NCBI GenBank assembly: GCA_029258825.1
Contig: JAPDKA010000003.1
Span: 66,065 to 130,064 of the forward strand
From: an archaeon
GTDB lineage: Archaea > Nanobdellota > Nanobdellia > Pacearchaeales > JAPDKA01
Length of the DNA stretch: 64,000 nucleotides
Direction: 5' to 3'
This document shows positions 8,459 to 16,454 of the stretch, in pieces. Position numbers and translations under genes: made by a program. Position 1 is the first letter of the stretch, and every line of letters begins with the position of its first letter. The notes beneath the pieces were generated by a model that was not told the origin of the DNA, did not search any database, and saw only the letters and a program-made list of their open reading frames with translations.

Positions 8459-9817
8459 ATGAACATTAAGCAGTTGATTCTTGCCTTGCCGGAAGTGAAG
8501 AAACCACATTACAGAGTAAGTTTTAGAGAAAAGATAAAGTGGACGTTGATTGTTCTTATTGCTTTTTTTGTTATGTCAAACATAGCTTTGGTTGGACTCA
8601 GCGAGAATGCATTAACACGTTTTGAATATCTTGCAATTATCCTTGGTGCTAAGTTTGGCAGTTTGATGTCTCTTGGTATAGGTCCTATCGTTACAGCAAG
8701 CATTGTTTTGCAATTGTTGGTTGGAGCTAAAATACTAAACATTGATTTGCACACGCATGAAGGGAAAGCATATTTTCAAGGATTGCAGAAATTGCTTGCG
8801 ATTTTTTTTACACTACTTGAAGCAGCCATATATGTATTGATGGGAGGTCTACAGGCAATGCCTGGTCTTGCTTGGCTTGTTATAGCACAGTTGTTTATTG
8901 CAGGTTTGTTTGTTATTCTAATGGATGAAATAGTAAGCAAATATGGGTTTGGAAGTGGTATCAGCTTGTTCATTCTTGCCGGTGTTGCATCACAGCTATT
9001 CATAAGAAGCTTTAGTTTTATTGGGCCAACCGGTATTGCTCCAGTAGGTAAAGTGTTGCTGTTCTTTTATAGCTTAACACAAGGTAACCAGGTTGAGATG
9101 ACAGCAGCATTGTTAAGCATTATTGCAACAATAATTGTATTTTTGCTTGTTGTTTATGTACAATCGATCCGTGTTGAAGTTCCGCTAACATATGCCAGAA
9201 TACGTGGCTTAAGCTTAAGATGGCCTCTTGCGTTTCTTTATACTAGCAACATACCTGTTATACTTACTGCTGCTCTTGCCGCAAACATACAACTTTTTGC
9301 AACATTAATGGAAAGGTTTTTGGGCCATCCGACATGGCTAGGAACTTTCGCTAATGGTGTACCAATTAGAGGGCTTGCATTTTGGATAAATGCACCACAT
9401 TTGATGGAAGCAATTGTTAGAGGAAGTGTAACCCCAATAATGATTTTGCAAGCTATAACATTTACTTTATTCATGTGCACATTCGCAGTAATTTTCAGTG
9501 TGTTCTGGGTTCAGACAAGCGGTATGGATGCAAGAAGTCAAGCTGAAAATCTAATTGCATCTGGTTTGCATATGCCTGGATTTAGGCAGGATGTTAGAGT
9601 ACTTGAAAGTGTGCTTTCCCGTTATATAATGCCGCTTGCAGTAATGGGCGGGCTTGCTGTAGGTTTGCTTGCAAGTATTGCAGATTTGATGGGTGCTTTA
9701 GTTAGAGGAACAGCGTTGTTGCTAGCTGTGATGATAGCATATCGTCTTTATCAAGATATAGCCCAACACCATTTGTACGAGCTTAATCCAGCAGCAAGAA
9801 GATTTATTGGTGGTTAA
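8459..9817 (+). CDS. secY: preprotein translocase subunit SecY
   Basis: 452-aa polytopic membrane protein at the end of the ribosomal operon, with 10 predicted TM helices. A T-rich tract follows the stop. Confidence 0.95.
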   Translation: MNIKQLILALPEVKKPHYRVSFREKIKWTLIVLIAFFVMSNIALVGLSENALTRFEYLAIILGAKFGSLMSLGIGPIVTASIVLQLLVGAKILNIDLHTHEGKAYFQGLQKLLAIFFTLLEAAIYVLMGGLQAMPGLAWLVIAQLFIAGLFVILMDEIVSKYGFGSGISLFILAGVASQLFIRSFSFIGPTGIAPVGKVLLFFYSLTQGNQVEMTAALLSIIATIIVFLLVVYVQSIRVEVPLTYARIRGLSLRWPLAFLYTSNIPVILTAALAANIQLFATLMERFLGHPTWLGTFANGVPIRGLAFWINAPHLMEAIVRGSVTPIMILQAITFTLFMCTFAVIFSVFWVQTSGMDARSQAENLIASGLHMPGFRQDVRVLESVLSRYIMPLAVMGGLAVGLLASIADLMGALVRGTALLLAVMIAYRLYQDIAQHHLYELNPAARRFIGG

Positions 9818-9833
9818 GATTGTAAACCTAATA

Positions 9834-10196
9834 TCAAGCTAGTTTTTTAATTTTATTTATTGTTACTAAAATTGCTCCCTTACAAGGCTCAGATTCGTTT
9901 TCAGGAATTCGTTTTACTATTTCATACCACTTTCCTTCGGTAATATACTCAGCTGTTCCTCTTAATTCATAACCCACACAGTTCTTTTTTCAATCTTTAT
10001 TCCAAACAGTTAATGCAACATTTGGATTTTGTCGAATATTTTTCGTTGTTTCAACCATATAATTTTGATTTTTAGAAACAACTTTTACAAATGCCACAGC
10101 AATACAGTGAGGGTTTCCATTTTCATCCACAGTTGCAAACGTAGCAATAAAAAATCTTGGATGGGTGAGCGATTGAATATATGCATTTAATAAAGT
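9834..10196 (-). pseudogene. pyridoxamine 5'-phosphate oxidase-like (FMN-binding split-barrel) gene remnant
   Basis: Minus-strand translation gives ...RFFIATFATVDENGNPHCIAVAFVKVVSKNQNYMVETTKNIRQNPNVALTVWNKD*KKNCVGYELRGTAEYITEGKWYEIVKR..., which is PNPOx-like. It has no ATG/GTG/TTG start after the upstream TAG. There is an in-frame TGA at 9990-9992. Confidence 0.55.
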
Positions 10197-10263
10197 CTAA
10201 TGAAATGACGATGAGGAAAATTGAATCTGACTTAGTATCTCTGTAAAACATATTTGAAACCTA

Positions 10264-11412
10264 ATGGTTGAAAAAGGGCGACGAGAGCGAAAGATTTTAA
10301 TAAATAAAGCTTATTTACTATTTATGAGGAAAGTAAGAAAAGTAATTATTGATTGGCCTAAAGGAGAGGTTCGTTATGTGACAGAGAATGGTATGACAAG
10401 AATATCTTATAAGCATAATTATATAGAATTTCTCCCACATAACTACCGAGATGGTAAAGACACAGGTCCACCTATATATGTAAATGCTATTCTGGAAGAT
10501 TATAATGATGAGATATCTGAATATTTAGAAGATTTAGAGAAAGAAGGGAAGATTGATATTGAAAAAGAGTGGTTGGTTTATGAAATAAAAAAAGGGGAAA
10601 CTATTCGTTTTTCTTTTGAGAGATTAGAGATACATCCACTAGAAGGAGGTATAAAAGATTTTATCCAAAAATATACAGGGAGGTCTTCACCGTGGTTGAT
10701 GTACGAAAAAGAAATAGATCTGCTAGCAAAAATTCCTCCTTCGATTATGGAAATTGCTGTAAAAAAGGCTATAGATTTATATGAAGCAGATGAGTGGGAT
10801 ACTTTTAATAAGATGTTATATGCGTACCATGAATCTCAACCAGGTATAGGACCTCTTTCTAAAGAGGAAGAAGAACTACTTGAGAAACATGGAATAAAAG
10901 AGATTGTAGAGAAATTATTTGAACTAATACCTTGGAGCGCGTGCATTGTATGTGGAGAAATTTTATGGGAACTTAAGTATGGAAACAAAAATCGAATAAA
11001 AAGTCCGAAAGATGTCATAGATATAGCCTTGAAAGGTGAAGCTTCAAACTTATATTGCATTATTGGGCCTTGTTTAGGACTTGCCCGATACGAGAGATAC
11101 AAAGAATTAGATCGCCATGTTATTGTAATAGACGTAAGGAAAGATCCTACAGAGAAATACGGGTGGGAAGGGATACACCCTTTAGATCTACAAGAATTGG
11201 GTATCACAAGACTGTTAATTTATAAAAAATTAATGGAACTTGGAGAGGAAGAAATTTATGAAAAAGCAAAACGTATTTTTAGACCAGGAGCTTTACTTTA
11301 TTTTTTAATTGAATATATAAAGTGGAAAGAAAGAGAAAAGAAAGAAAAGAAAGCTCTTCCCCCTTCAAATTTAAAAAAGTTATTGAATTTTTTAGACAAG
11401 GACAGTAATTAA
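10264..11412 (+). CDS. hypothetical protein, 382 aa, Glu/Lys-rich; composition atypical for this window
   Basis: Long ORF with no motif I recognise. Its codon and amino-acid usage (many GGA/GGG, AGA/AGG, Glu-rich) differs from the flanking core genes. Confidence 0.5.
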   Translation: MVEKGRRERKILINKAYLLFMRKVRKVIIDWPKGEVRYVTENGMTRISYKHNYIEFLPHNYRDGKDTGPPIYVNAILEDYNDEISEYLEDLEKEGKIDIEKEWLVYEIKKGETIRFSFERLEIHPLEGGIKDFIQKYTGRSSPWLMYEKEIDLLAKIPPSIMEIAVKKAIDLYEADEWDTFNKMLYAYHESQPGIGPLSKEEEELLEKHGIKEIVEKLFELIPWSACIVCGEILWELKYGNKNRIKSPKDVIDIALKGEASNLYCIIGPCLGLARYERYKELDRHVIVIDVRKDPTEKYGWEGIHPLDLQELGITRLLIYKKLMELGEEEIYEKAKRIFRPGALLYFLIEYIKWKEREKKEKKALPPSNLKKLLNFLDKDSN

Positions 11413-11565
11413 ATTTACATGTTCGAGAAATTTTGTAGGGTACCGGATTATAGATTGGAGCTGAATGATTCTTCACCCAATAACTGTATCTCTCTTGAGC
11501 GAAGCGAGAGCCAGAATGACTTAGGAGTAGAAGTATCTTTAAGAATGCAAACATTGTTTAGCAAG

Positions 11566-11925
11566 TTACATCCTACCAAACCTTCGTCTTGCGCGTCTGC
11601 CCAATGGTTTGCCAATTGCTTTTTGCATTATCTTTATCCATTCAGGCTGACTTATGCGTATCGCTTTACCATTAACCAAAGCGTCAACAATTTTCTTTCT
11701 TGCTTCTATCAATAATCTATGCATTGTTGGTTGGGACACAGCCATCCTACTTGCAGCTTCTTCCTGGGTTAAACCAAGATAATCAACAAGTCTTAATGCT
11801 TCTAGTTCATCCATACCTAAAGCTACTTCACTAAGTTGTGCAAGAGCAACGCCAGCAGGCTTAAAATAAGCGACAGTTGGTTGAAACATAACAAACCTGC
11901 ATCGTCGCGGCCTAGCCATTTTCAA
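11566..11925 (-). CDS. DUF134 (UPF0251) family predicted DNA-binding protein
   Basis: N-terminus MARPRRCRFVMFQPTVAYFKPAGV and ...LGLTQEEAASRMAVSQPTMHRLLIEARKKIVDAL match the DUF134 / sigma70-region-4-like HTH family. A TATA-like atttttaaat lies about 27 bp upstream on the minus strand. Confidence 0.7.
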   Translation of the reverse strand: MKMARPRRCRFVMFQPTVAYFKPAGVALAQLSEVALGMDELEALRLVDYLGLTQEEAASRMAVSQPTMHRLLIEARKKIVDALVNGKAIRISQPEWIKIMQKAIGKPLGRRARRRFGRM

Positions 11926-12075
11926 ATTTAAAAAAACTTACATTTAAAAATTTAATGTAGATGTGCAACTTTGCATAGTTTTTTAAACATAAAAACACAT
12001 GGAAATAATAAACCAAAGATAAATAAAAAAGATAAAAAACTAAAATAAAACAAAATAAAAAACAAAAAAAACGAA

Positions 12076-12291
12076 ATGGAAAACGAAAAAACAGAAAATA
12101 GGCAAGATAACATTTCTAAAGAAGAAGAAATAGCATTTCATAAAGGAGCGTTAACAGTATTGGTAAAAGAAAGGCAAGAACTAGCAAGATTGCTTACAAT
12201 TGTACAGCAATTAATAACAGCACATGCAAAAAGGCTTGAACAGCTTGGAGTTAAAATAGAAAAAACTGAACAGGAAGAAAAGAAAGAATAA
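12076..12291 (+). CDS. small hypothetical coiled-coil protein (71 aa)
   Basis: ORF between the two minus-strand DUF genes with a helical, Glu/Lys-rich sequence. No clear promoter was identified. It may be spurious. Confidence 0.25.
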   Translation: MENEKTENRQDNISKEEEIAFHKGALTVLVKERQELARLLTIVQQLITAHAKRLEQLGVKIEKTEQEEKKE

Positions 12292-12412
12292 AATAAAAAA
12301 ATAAAAAGTATACTGAACACACTGCTACACTTAGTTACGCTTTGTTTGTTTTGTTTTTTGCAATTGTTACTTTCTTGATTTTATTTTTTCTGTCTTGCGT
12401 CTTGCTTTGCAC

Positions 12413-12736
12413 TTACTTGATTTTCTTTAGTTGCTCTTCAATTTGTTTTAGCTCTTGTTTTAATGCTTCTATTTCTGCATTTATTTCAGCTTTTTCTTGC
12501 TCTAACAATTCTCTCTGCTCTTCTTTAGTTAATGCTGGTGCTGCTAATGCTCTTGCTTGTGCTTGCTGTAATTGTTGTAATGCTGCTAATCTCCAGTAAC
12601 CAAGGCCTCTGCCGAACCTGCCCATTCCAAAGCGTCCAAATCCAAACCATCCAAAGCCTCTGCCAAATCCCAGTCGTCTTAAACAAACCCAATTGCCATT
12701 GGCCCACCAAGGGCCAGTTCCATCTCCCCAAGGCAT
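12413..12736 (-). CDS. DUF5320 family protein
   Basis: N-terminal MPWGDGTGPWW plus a Gly/Arg/Phe-rich GFGRGFGWFGFGRFGMGRFGRG repeat and a C-terminal coiled coil make the characteristic DUF5320 architecture. Confidence 0.7.
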   Translation of the reverse strand: MPWGDGTGPWWANGNWVCLRRLGFGRGFGWFGFGRFGMGRFGRGLGYWRLAALQQLQQAQARALAAPALTKEEQRELLEQEKAEINAEIEALKQELKQIEEQLKKIK

Positions 12737-12815
12737 TTTACATTTGGTTCTTATTTATTTAGTTTAGTTTTGATTTGATTTTAATTCTGAATTTGTACGC
12801 ATTTACCATCAATAG

Positions 12816-12895
12816 TTTTGAATATATATTCAAAACTCTATTATGAATATATATTCATAATTTAAAAACCTTTCGGTTATGAATATATATTCATA
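12816..12895. promoter_or_regulatory. three copies of the perfect palindrome TGAATATATATTCA bracketing a BRE/TATA element; putative operator array
   Basis: Palindromes at 12819-12832, 12844-12857 and 12880-12893. On the minus strand, CCGAAAGG + TTTTTAAATT (about 12855-12876) lies between copies 3 and 2, roughly 120-130 bp upstream of the DUF5320 ATG. Confidence 0.55.
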
Positions 12896-12938
12896 ACTCA
12901 ATCTTAGAAGCATTCAAGCTAGCAAAGAAAAAAATAAA

Positions 12939-13664
12939 CTAATGCAAGAACAGCTTAAAGCATAAAAGCAGAGCAATACCAAATAAAAACCACAAAAAGC
13001 TTAACCATGTTCTTATGCCTTCTTGCTTATGCAATTCAGGTATTAAATCACTGCTTGCAATATATAAGAAACCGCCAGCTGAGAATGCAAGAAGCACATA
13101 AATAAAAGTAGTAGTATGTACAAAAAACACAATTAAAGCACCAACAATACAAGTTAACTGAACAAGAAAATTGGCTAACAACGCTTTATGTTTTTTCCAA
13201 CCCCCATAAACAAGCACGGCAAAATCGCCCAGCTCTTGGGGTATCTCGTGAAGTATAATAAGAAGTGTGGTAATAAAACCGAAATGTAACGAAACTAAAA
13301 AGCTTGCACCAATGACAACACCATCAATAAAATTATGAACAGCGTCTCCTAACAGCGACAGATACGTAAAAGCGTGAATTTTACATTTAACATTATGGCA
13401 GTGCCTCCATCTTAAAATTTTTTCTAAGAAAAAGAAAAAGATAAAACCAAGCATCAACAAATAAAAAGCATTGCTATTAAGTTGCTCCATAGATTCTGCA
13501 AGCAAATGAAAAAAAGCACCAGCAAGTAACGCGCCTGATGCAAATGCGATCATTGAAAATATAAACTTGTCAAAGACATTGCGCCTTAACAACAATGAAA
13601 AAGCTCCAATTAAAGCGACCAAACTATTAAGGATTGTTGCAGCCAGTACATAAAGCAACAGCAT
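12939..13664 (-). CDS. ZIP family metal (Zn/Fe) transporter
   Basis: 8-TM protein with the HNFIDGVVIG and HEIPQELGDFAVL motifs characteristic of ZIP/ZupT transporters. Confidence 0.8.
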   Translation of the reverse strand: MLLLYVLAATILNSLVALIGAFSLLLRRNVFDKFIFSMIAFASGALLAGAFFHLLAESMEQLNSNAFYLLMLGFIFFFFLEKILRWRHCHNVKCKIHAFTYLSLLGDAVHNFIDGVVIGASFLVSLHFGFITTLLIILHEIPQELGDFAVLVYGGWKKHKALLANFLVQLTCIVGALIVFFVHTTTFIYVLLAFSAGGFLYIASSDLIPELHKQEGIRTWLSFLWFLFGIALLLCFKLFLH

Positions 13665-13715
13665 TTTAATAAAATTTTAAATTTAAAAATAAACAAAACA
13701 AAAAAATTGCGCAAG

Positions 13716-14138
13716 TTACTGCACTTTTATTTTTTTTGCTTGTCGTTTATGCTGTGTCGGCACTGTTATAGTTAATACACCATCTTTATAGGTTGCTTTT
13801 GCTTTTTCAGGCACTACTGGAACTGGCAATGAAAACGATCTATAAAAACCCTTATAACGTCGTTCAAGTTTATATGCATTTTTCGCTTTTGTTTCAGTTT
13901 TGGTTTTCTTTTCTGCTTTTACTGTGAGGCTATCTTTTGTCATTTCTATGCTTATATCTTCTTTACTAACACCAGGCAGTTCCATAGTGATTACTAAATT
14001 GCCGTTGCTTTCATGTATGTCAGCTAAAGGTTCGCGAAAATCGCCGAGCACTTTTGCGATAGGCTTGAACAATTCATCAAATGCTTTATTCATTCGTTCT
14101 TGAAATTTTCTTATTTCAGCATCAATATCAACAATCAT
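13716..14138 (-). CDS. Hsp20/alpha-crystallin family small heat-shock protein
   Basis: Alpha-crystallin domain (DIHESNGNLVITMELPGVSKEDISIEM...LPVPVVPEKAKATYKDGVLTITVP). The start is taken at the ATG, preceded by GAGGTG at appropriate spacing. The ORF track begins 6 nt upstream at a GTG. Confidence 0.85.
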   Translation of the reverse strand: MIVDIDAEIRKFQERMNKAFDELFKPIAKVLGDFREPLADIHESNGNLVITMELPGVSKEDISIEMTKDSLTVKAEKKTKTETKAKNAYKLERRYKGFYRSFSLPVPVVPEKAKATYKDGVLTITVPTQHKRQAKKIKVQ

Positions 14139-14233
14139 TTTCACCTCTTTTTATTTAATTTTAGTTGTTAGTATTAACGGATTAATGGTATTTAAATTTT
14201 CCTCAAGGATGAATCAAAGAATTAATAAAATTA

Positions 14234-14410
14234 CTACTTCGCTGATTTTTGCTTTTTTCTTACCCATTTCAACTTTCTTGGGTTGCGTTTCATAAAAAAA
14301 CTTTTTCTGCACTTGCTGCTGCAGAACCAATACTGTTTAGCATCATTAGTAACATAAAGCAAACCTTTGCCGGGTTTTATTTCAGCATTACAAAAATGGC
14401 ATTTAGGCAT
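14234..14410 (-). CDS. rpl24e: 50S ribosomal protein eL24
   Basis: Hand translation of the minus strand gives MPKCHFCNAEIKPGKGLLYVTNDAKQYWFCSSKCRKSFFMKRNPRKLKWVRKKQKSAK (58 aa). This has the L24e zinc-ribbon signature C..C...G.G..YV.ND.K...FCS.KC. It is below the ORF-track length cutoff. It lies directly downstream of S28e. Confidence 0.85.
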   Translation of the reverse strand: MPKCHFCNAEIKPGKGLLYVTNDAKQYWFCSSKCRKSFFMKRNPRKLKWVRKKQKSAK

Positions 14411-14411
14411 T

Positions 14412-14678
14412 TTATGTATATGTGCCTTTTGTTACTTTACTTGTTATTTTTCTTGCCTCAATTTCAGTTTCGCGCAACATCAAAATATCTTTAAGTCGAA
14501 CAGGGCCTTTAACATTTCTTCTTATAACATTGCCCTTATTCGGCCCACTCATAATGCGTACTCTAACTTGGGTAAGCTCTCCTCTAAAACCTGTCCTGCC
14601 TATAATTTCCTCTACAACAGCAGGATAAACTTCTTTTGCTTCTTTAGTTTGCTTTTTATCTTGCCTCTTCCTTGCCAT
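14412..14678 (-). CDS. rps28e: 30S ribosomal protein eS28
   Basis: [58 protein letters not shown] is the S28e signature. Confidence 0.9.
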   Translation of the reverse strand: MARKRQDKKQTKEAKEVYPAVVEEIIGRTGFRGELTQVRVRIMSGPNKGNVIRRNVKGPVRLKDILMLRETEIEARKITSKVTKGTYT

Positions 14679-14696
14679 TTTAGCAACTTTTTAGCA

Positions 14697-15023
14697 TTAC
14701 TTTTTTTCTAGCAATTCTGCAATAAGCTTTTCTGCTTCACCAGGATTAACAATCGCTACTGATGCTGCTGCAACATTCAAACCAGCAGCATTACCAAGCT
14801 TTTGCTTGCTATCAACTTCAACATATGGAATACCTTTTTCTTTGCATAACAATGGTAAATGCTGTACTATTTCTTTTGGTTGCACATCCTGGGCAATCAC
14901 TACAAGCTTGGCCTCATTACGCTCTACTGCTTTTGTTGTTTCATTAGTACCTTTTTTTATCTTTCCCGTTTTTCTTGCGATCTCAACTACTTCATAAGCA
15001 GAAACCATTTTTTCCTCCTTCAT
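14697..15023 (-). CDS. rpl7ae: 50S ribosomal protein L7Ae (eL8; also a box C/D and H/ACA RNP component)
   Basis: K-turn binding fold ([59 protein letters not shown]). It follows the conserved L7Ae-S28e-L24e order. Confidence 0.9.
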   Translation of the reverse strand: MKEEKMVSAYEVVEIARKTGKIKKGTNETTKAVERNEAKLVVIAQDVQPKEIVQHLPLLCKEKGIPYVEVDSKQKLGNAAGLNVAAASVAIVNPGEAEKLIAELLEKK

Positions 15024-15085
15024 TTAATTCAGTCATCGTTGATTAAGCCAAGCTAAGTTAGCTTTAAAAAGGTTTCGCTATTTTT

Positions 15086-16096
15086 ATGTTGATGAAACAA
15101 GCCAGTATATTAGAAAAACAAAAAATAATGGGTGGACTAAAGGTGTTCATTACGCTAACAATTGTTTCTATATTAATAATTATGATTGTAACAGCAAATA
15201 AACAGACTATAGACGTTATTAAACAAGTGAACATACTTATTCTTGCTTTTGCTTTTATTTTGCTTTTTATTTATGTTTTGTTTGATGCATTAAAGTTAAA
15301 AGCACTAACGTTAGGCGTGACAAACCAGAACATAAGCGTAAAAACATGTGCTGAAATCATACTTACTGGGAATTTTCTCGCTGCTGTAACACCGTTTCAG
15401 ATGGGTGGCATTCCGATAGAGCTGTACATATTAAAGAAACACAAAGTTGGTTTAGGCAAGGGAAGCTTTATACTTATTGCACGCGGATTATTGTATGCCG
15501 TATTTATCCTGATTTTTACTCCGTTAATATTAAAGTACTATTTTAGTTATGCGAGAAATTTAGCAAAAAATTTAATGGTGTATGCGTTATTTATCTATTT
15601 CATAGCTGGTGTTAGCTTAGTGCTAATTTTATCAAAGCCAGAACCAATAAAGAGGTTCATATTAAGAAGGTTACGTAAAAAACGTTTTAGATTTAAAAAA
15701 GTTATAATAACGCTCATTCGCGAACTAGAAGAAATCAAACACGGTTTTTTACAGTTGATAAAACAAAATAGGGTTGCATTATATAAAGCATGCGCATATA
15801 CGATTGTTTCGCTAATTGCATATTACTTGATAGCACCAACAATCATATATGCATTAGGTTTTCATGTCAACATTATTGAAGTGATTGTAATTCAGTTATT
15901 AATTGTTGTGTTAACATTTTTCTTTCCAACGCCTGGAGCAAGCGGCATGGCAGAATTTGTTTCAGCAGGACTGTTCAGTATTGTGCTTCCTAAATATGCT
16001 TTAGGAATGTTCGTAGTTTTATCACGATTGATTATGTTTTATATAGGAGTAATAATCGGTGGGATACTAACATTAAGATTGGTATACAAAAAATAG
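15086..16096 (+). CDS. UPF0104 / lysylphosphatidylglycerol-synthase-TM-like (flippase-like) membrane protein
   Basis: Polytopic membrane protein with a C-terminal FFFPTPGASGMAEF motif typical of the LPG_synthase_TM/UPF0104 family. Confidence 0.55.
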   Translation: MLMKQASILEKQKIMGGLKVFITLTIVSILIIMIVTANKQTIDVIKQVNILILAFAFILLFIYVLFDALKLKALTLGVTNQNISVKTCAEIILTGNFLAAVTPFQMGGIPIELYILKKHKVGLGKGSFILIARGLLYAVFILIFTPLILKYYFSYARNLAKNLMVYALFIYFIAGVSLVLILSKPEPIKRFILRRLRKKRFRFKKVIITLIRELEEIKHGFLQLIKQNRVALYKACAYTIVSLIAYYLIAPTIIYALGFHVNIIEVIVIQLLIVVLTFFFPTPGASGMAEFVSAGLFSIVLPKYALGMFVVLSRLIMFYIGVIIGGILTLRLVYKK

Positions 16097-16149
16097 ATCA
16101 AAGCAAATAAACCAAACAGCAAAGTAAAAGTTTAAAAAATAAAACGTAT

Positions 16150-16341
16150 ATGCATAATAAAATGAACAAGTGGATAGAGTTGATAATAGGTTTAGTGTTA
16201 CTTGCTGTATCTATAGTTGTTCCTATCTGCTTGCATTTAGGAGAAGCGGTAAAGCAGTTTATAATTGGGGGTCTAGTAGTGTTTGTGTTTTTGCTTGGCT
16301 TATTGTTTCTTGCAATGGCTATCAGTGACATGAGAGAGTAA
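16150..16341 (+). CDS. small hypothetical membrane protein (63 aa, two TM helices)
   Basis: ORF with two hydrophobic helices. No homology recognised. Confidence 0.3.
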   Translation: MHNKMNKWIELIIGLVLLAVSIVVPICLHLGEAVKQFIIGGLVVFVFLLGLLFLAMAISDMRE

Positions 16342-16454
16342 TTTTGTATTTTGTTTTTTGCTTTTTTATTCGATTTTTTAACTTTCATTACGGGTTTTTT
16401 GCTTCCAATTAGCTAAGCATAAAAAATAAAAATAGTTCTGATTGTTAGTAATCA

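Noticed and set aside
9990-9992. Possibility that TGA is a sense codon (alternative genetic code) rescuing the PNPOx-like ORF
   Set aside because: Multiple confidently identified genes in the window terminate at TGA exactly where their orthologs end (uS17, NifX-like, COG1149 ATPase). The ORF also lacks a start codon. A pseudogene or sequencing error is more parsimonious.
11419-11715. 98-aa plus-strand ORF after the 10264 gene
   Set aside because: Most of it is antisense to the DUF134 gene. The first 150 bp are intergenic and contain a small hairpin (CTCTCTTGAGCGAAGCGAGAG) more consistent with a convergent-terminator region than a gene.
12342-12762. Plus-strand ORFs (85 and 76 aa) and a second minus-strand frame (68 aa) over the DUF5320 gene
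   Set aside because: These are overlapping alternative frames of the Gly/Arg/Phe-repeat coding region. The DUF5320 reading frame is the one with a recognisable family signature.
14249-14711. Plus-strand ORFs (81, 114 and 68 aa) across the S28e/L24e region
   Set aside because: They are antisense to the clearly identifiable S28e and L24e genes and have hydrophobic nonsense composition.
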